DNA of 64,000 nt from Eledone cirrhosa (Eukaryota). The stretch spans positions 349,990,001 to 350,054,000 of the forward strand of contig OZ024740.1 in the NCBI GenBank assembly GCA_964016885.1. The letters are read 5' to 3'. This document shows, piece after piece, positions 63,681 through 64,000 of the stretch. The position numbers and the translations under genes are program-made. Below the pieces are notes generated by a model, which was given only the letters and a program-made list of their open reading frames with translations, had not been told where the DNA came from and made no database searches. Each line of letters starts with the position of its first letter. The first letter of the stretch is position 1.

Positions 63681-63784
<104 letters not shown>

Positions 63785-63805
63785 ATACTATATAATATTA
63801 TATAC

Positions 63806-63878
<73 letters not shown>

Positions 63879-63909
63879 CATATATATATATATACATATA
63901 TATATATAC

Positions 63910-63942
<33 letters not shown>

Positions 63943-63946
63943 CATT

Positions 63947-63996
<50 letters not shown>

Positions 63997-64000
63997 CATA

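Overview
AT-rich animal genomic DNA, most likely an octopod cephalopod (inferred from the tRNA-headed SINE family, LINE types and very long degenerate (TA)n arrays). No confident host protein-coding gene is present, only a few possible isolated exons. The first ~22 kb holds a decayed mariner transposase, many SINEs (some as tandem dimers), two MITEs, RTE scraps and a stack of three L1/Tx1 3' ends. 22-27 kb is a composite of Helitron/Helentron-like repeats, minisatellites and a 175-bp inverted repeat enclosing a PHD-type LINE ORF1 fragment. From ~30 kb on, a (TA)n matrix carries a near-intact RTE LINE, CR1-group 3' fragments and a GIY-YIG Penelope-like element (Naiad-like). Most interesting are non-coding ~504-bp tandem repeats, each with a type I minimal hammerhead ribozyme (retrozyme-like), and a second related hammerhead family with compensatory stem changes; both occur in Penelope-style inverted arrangements. 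A ~15.5-kb block is present twice on either side of a 200-N gap, probably as uncollapsed haplotypes or overlapping contig ends. All ORFs reading IYIYIY are microsatellite artefacts.
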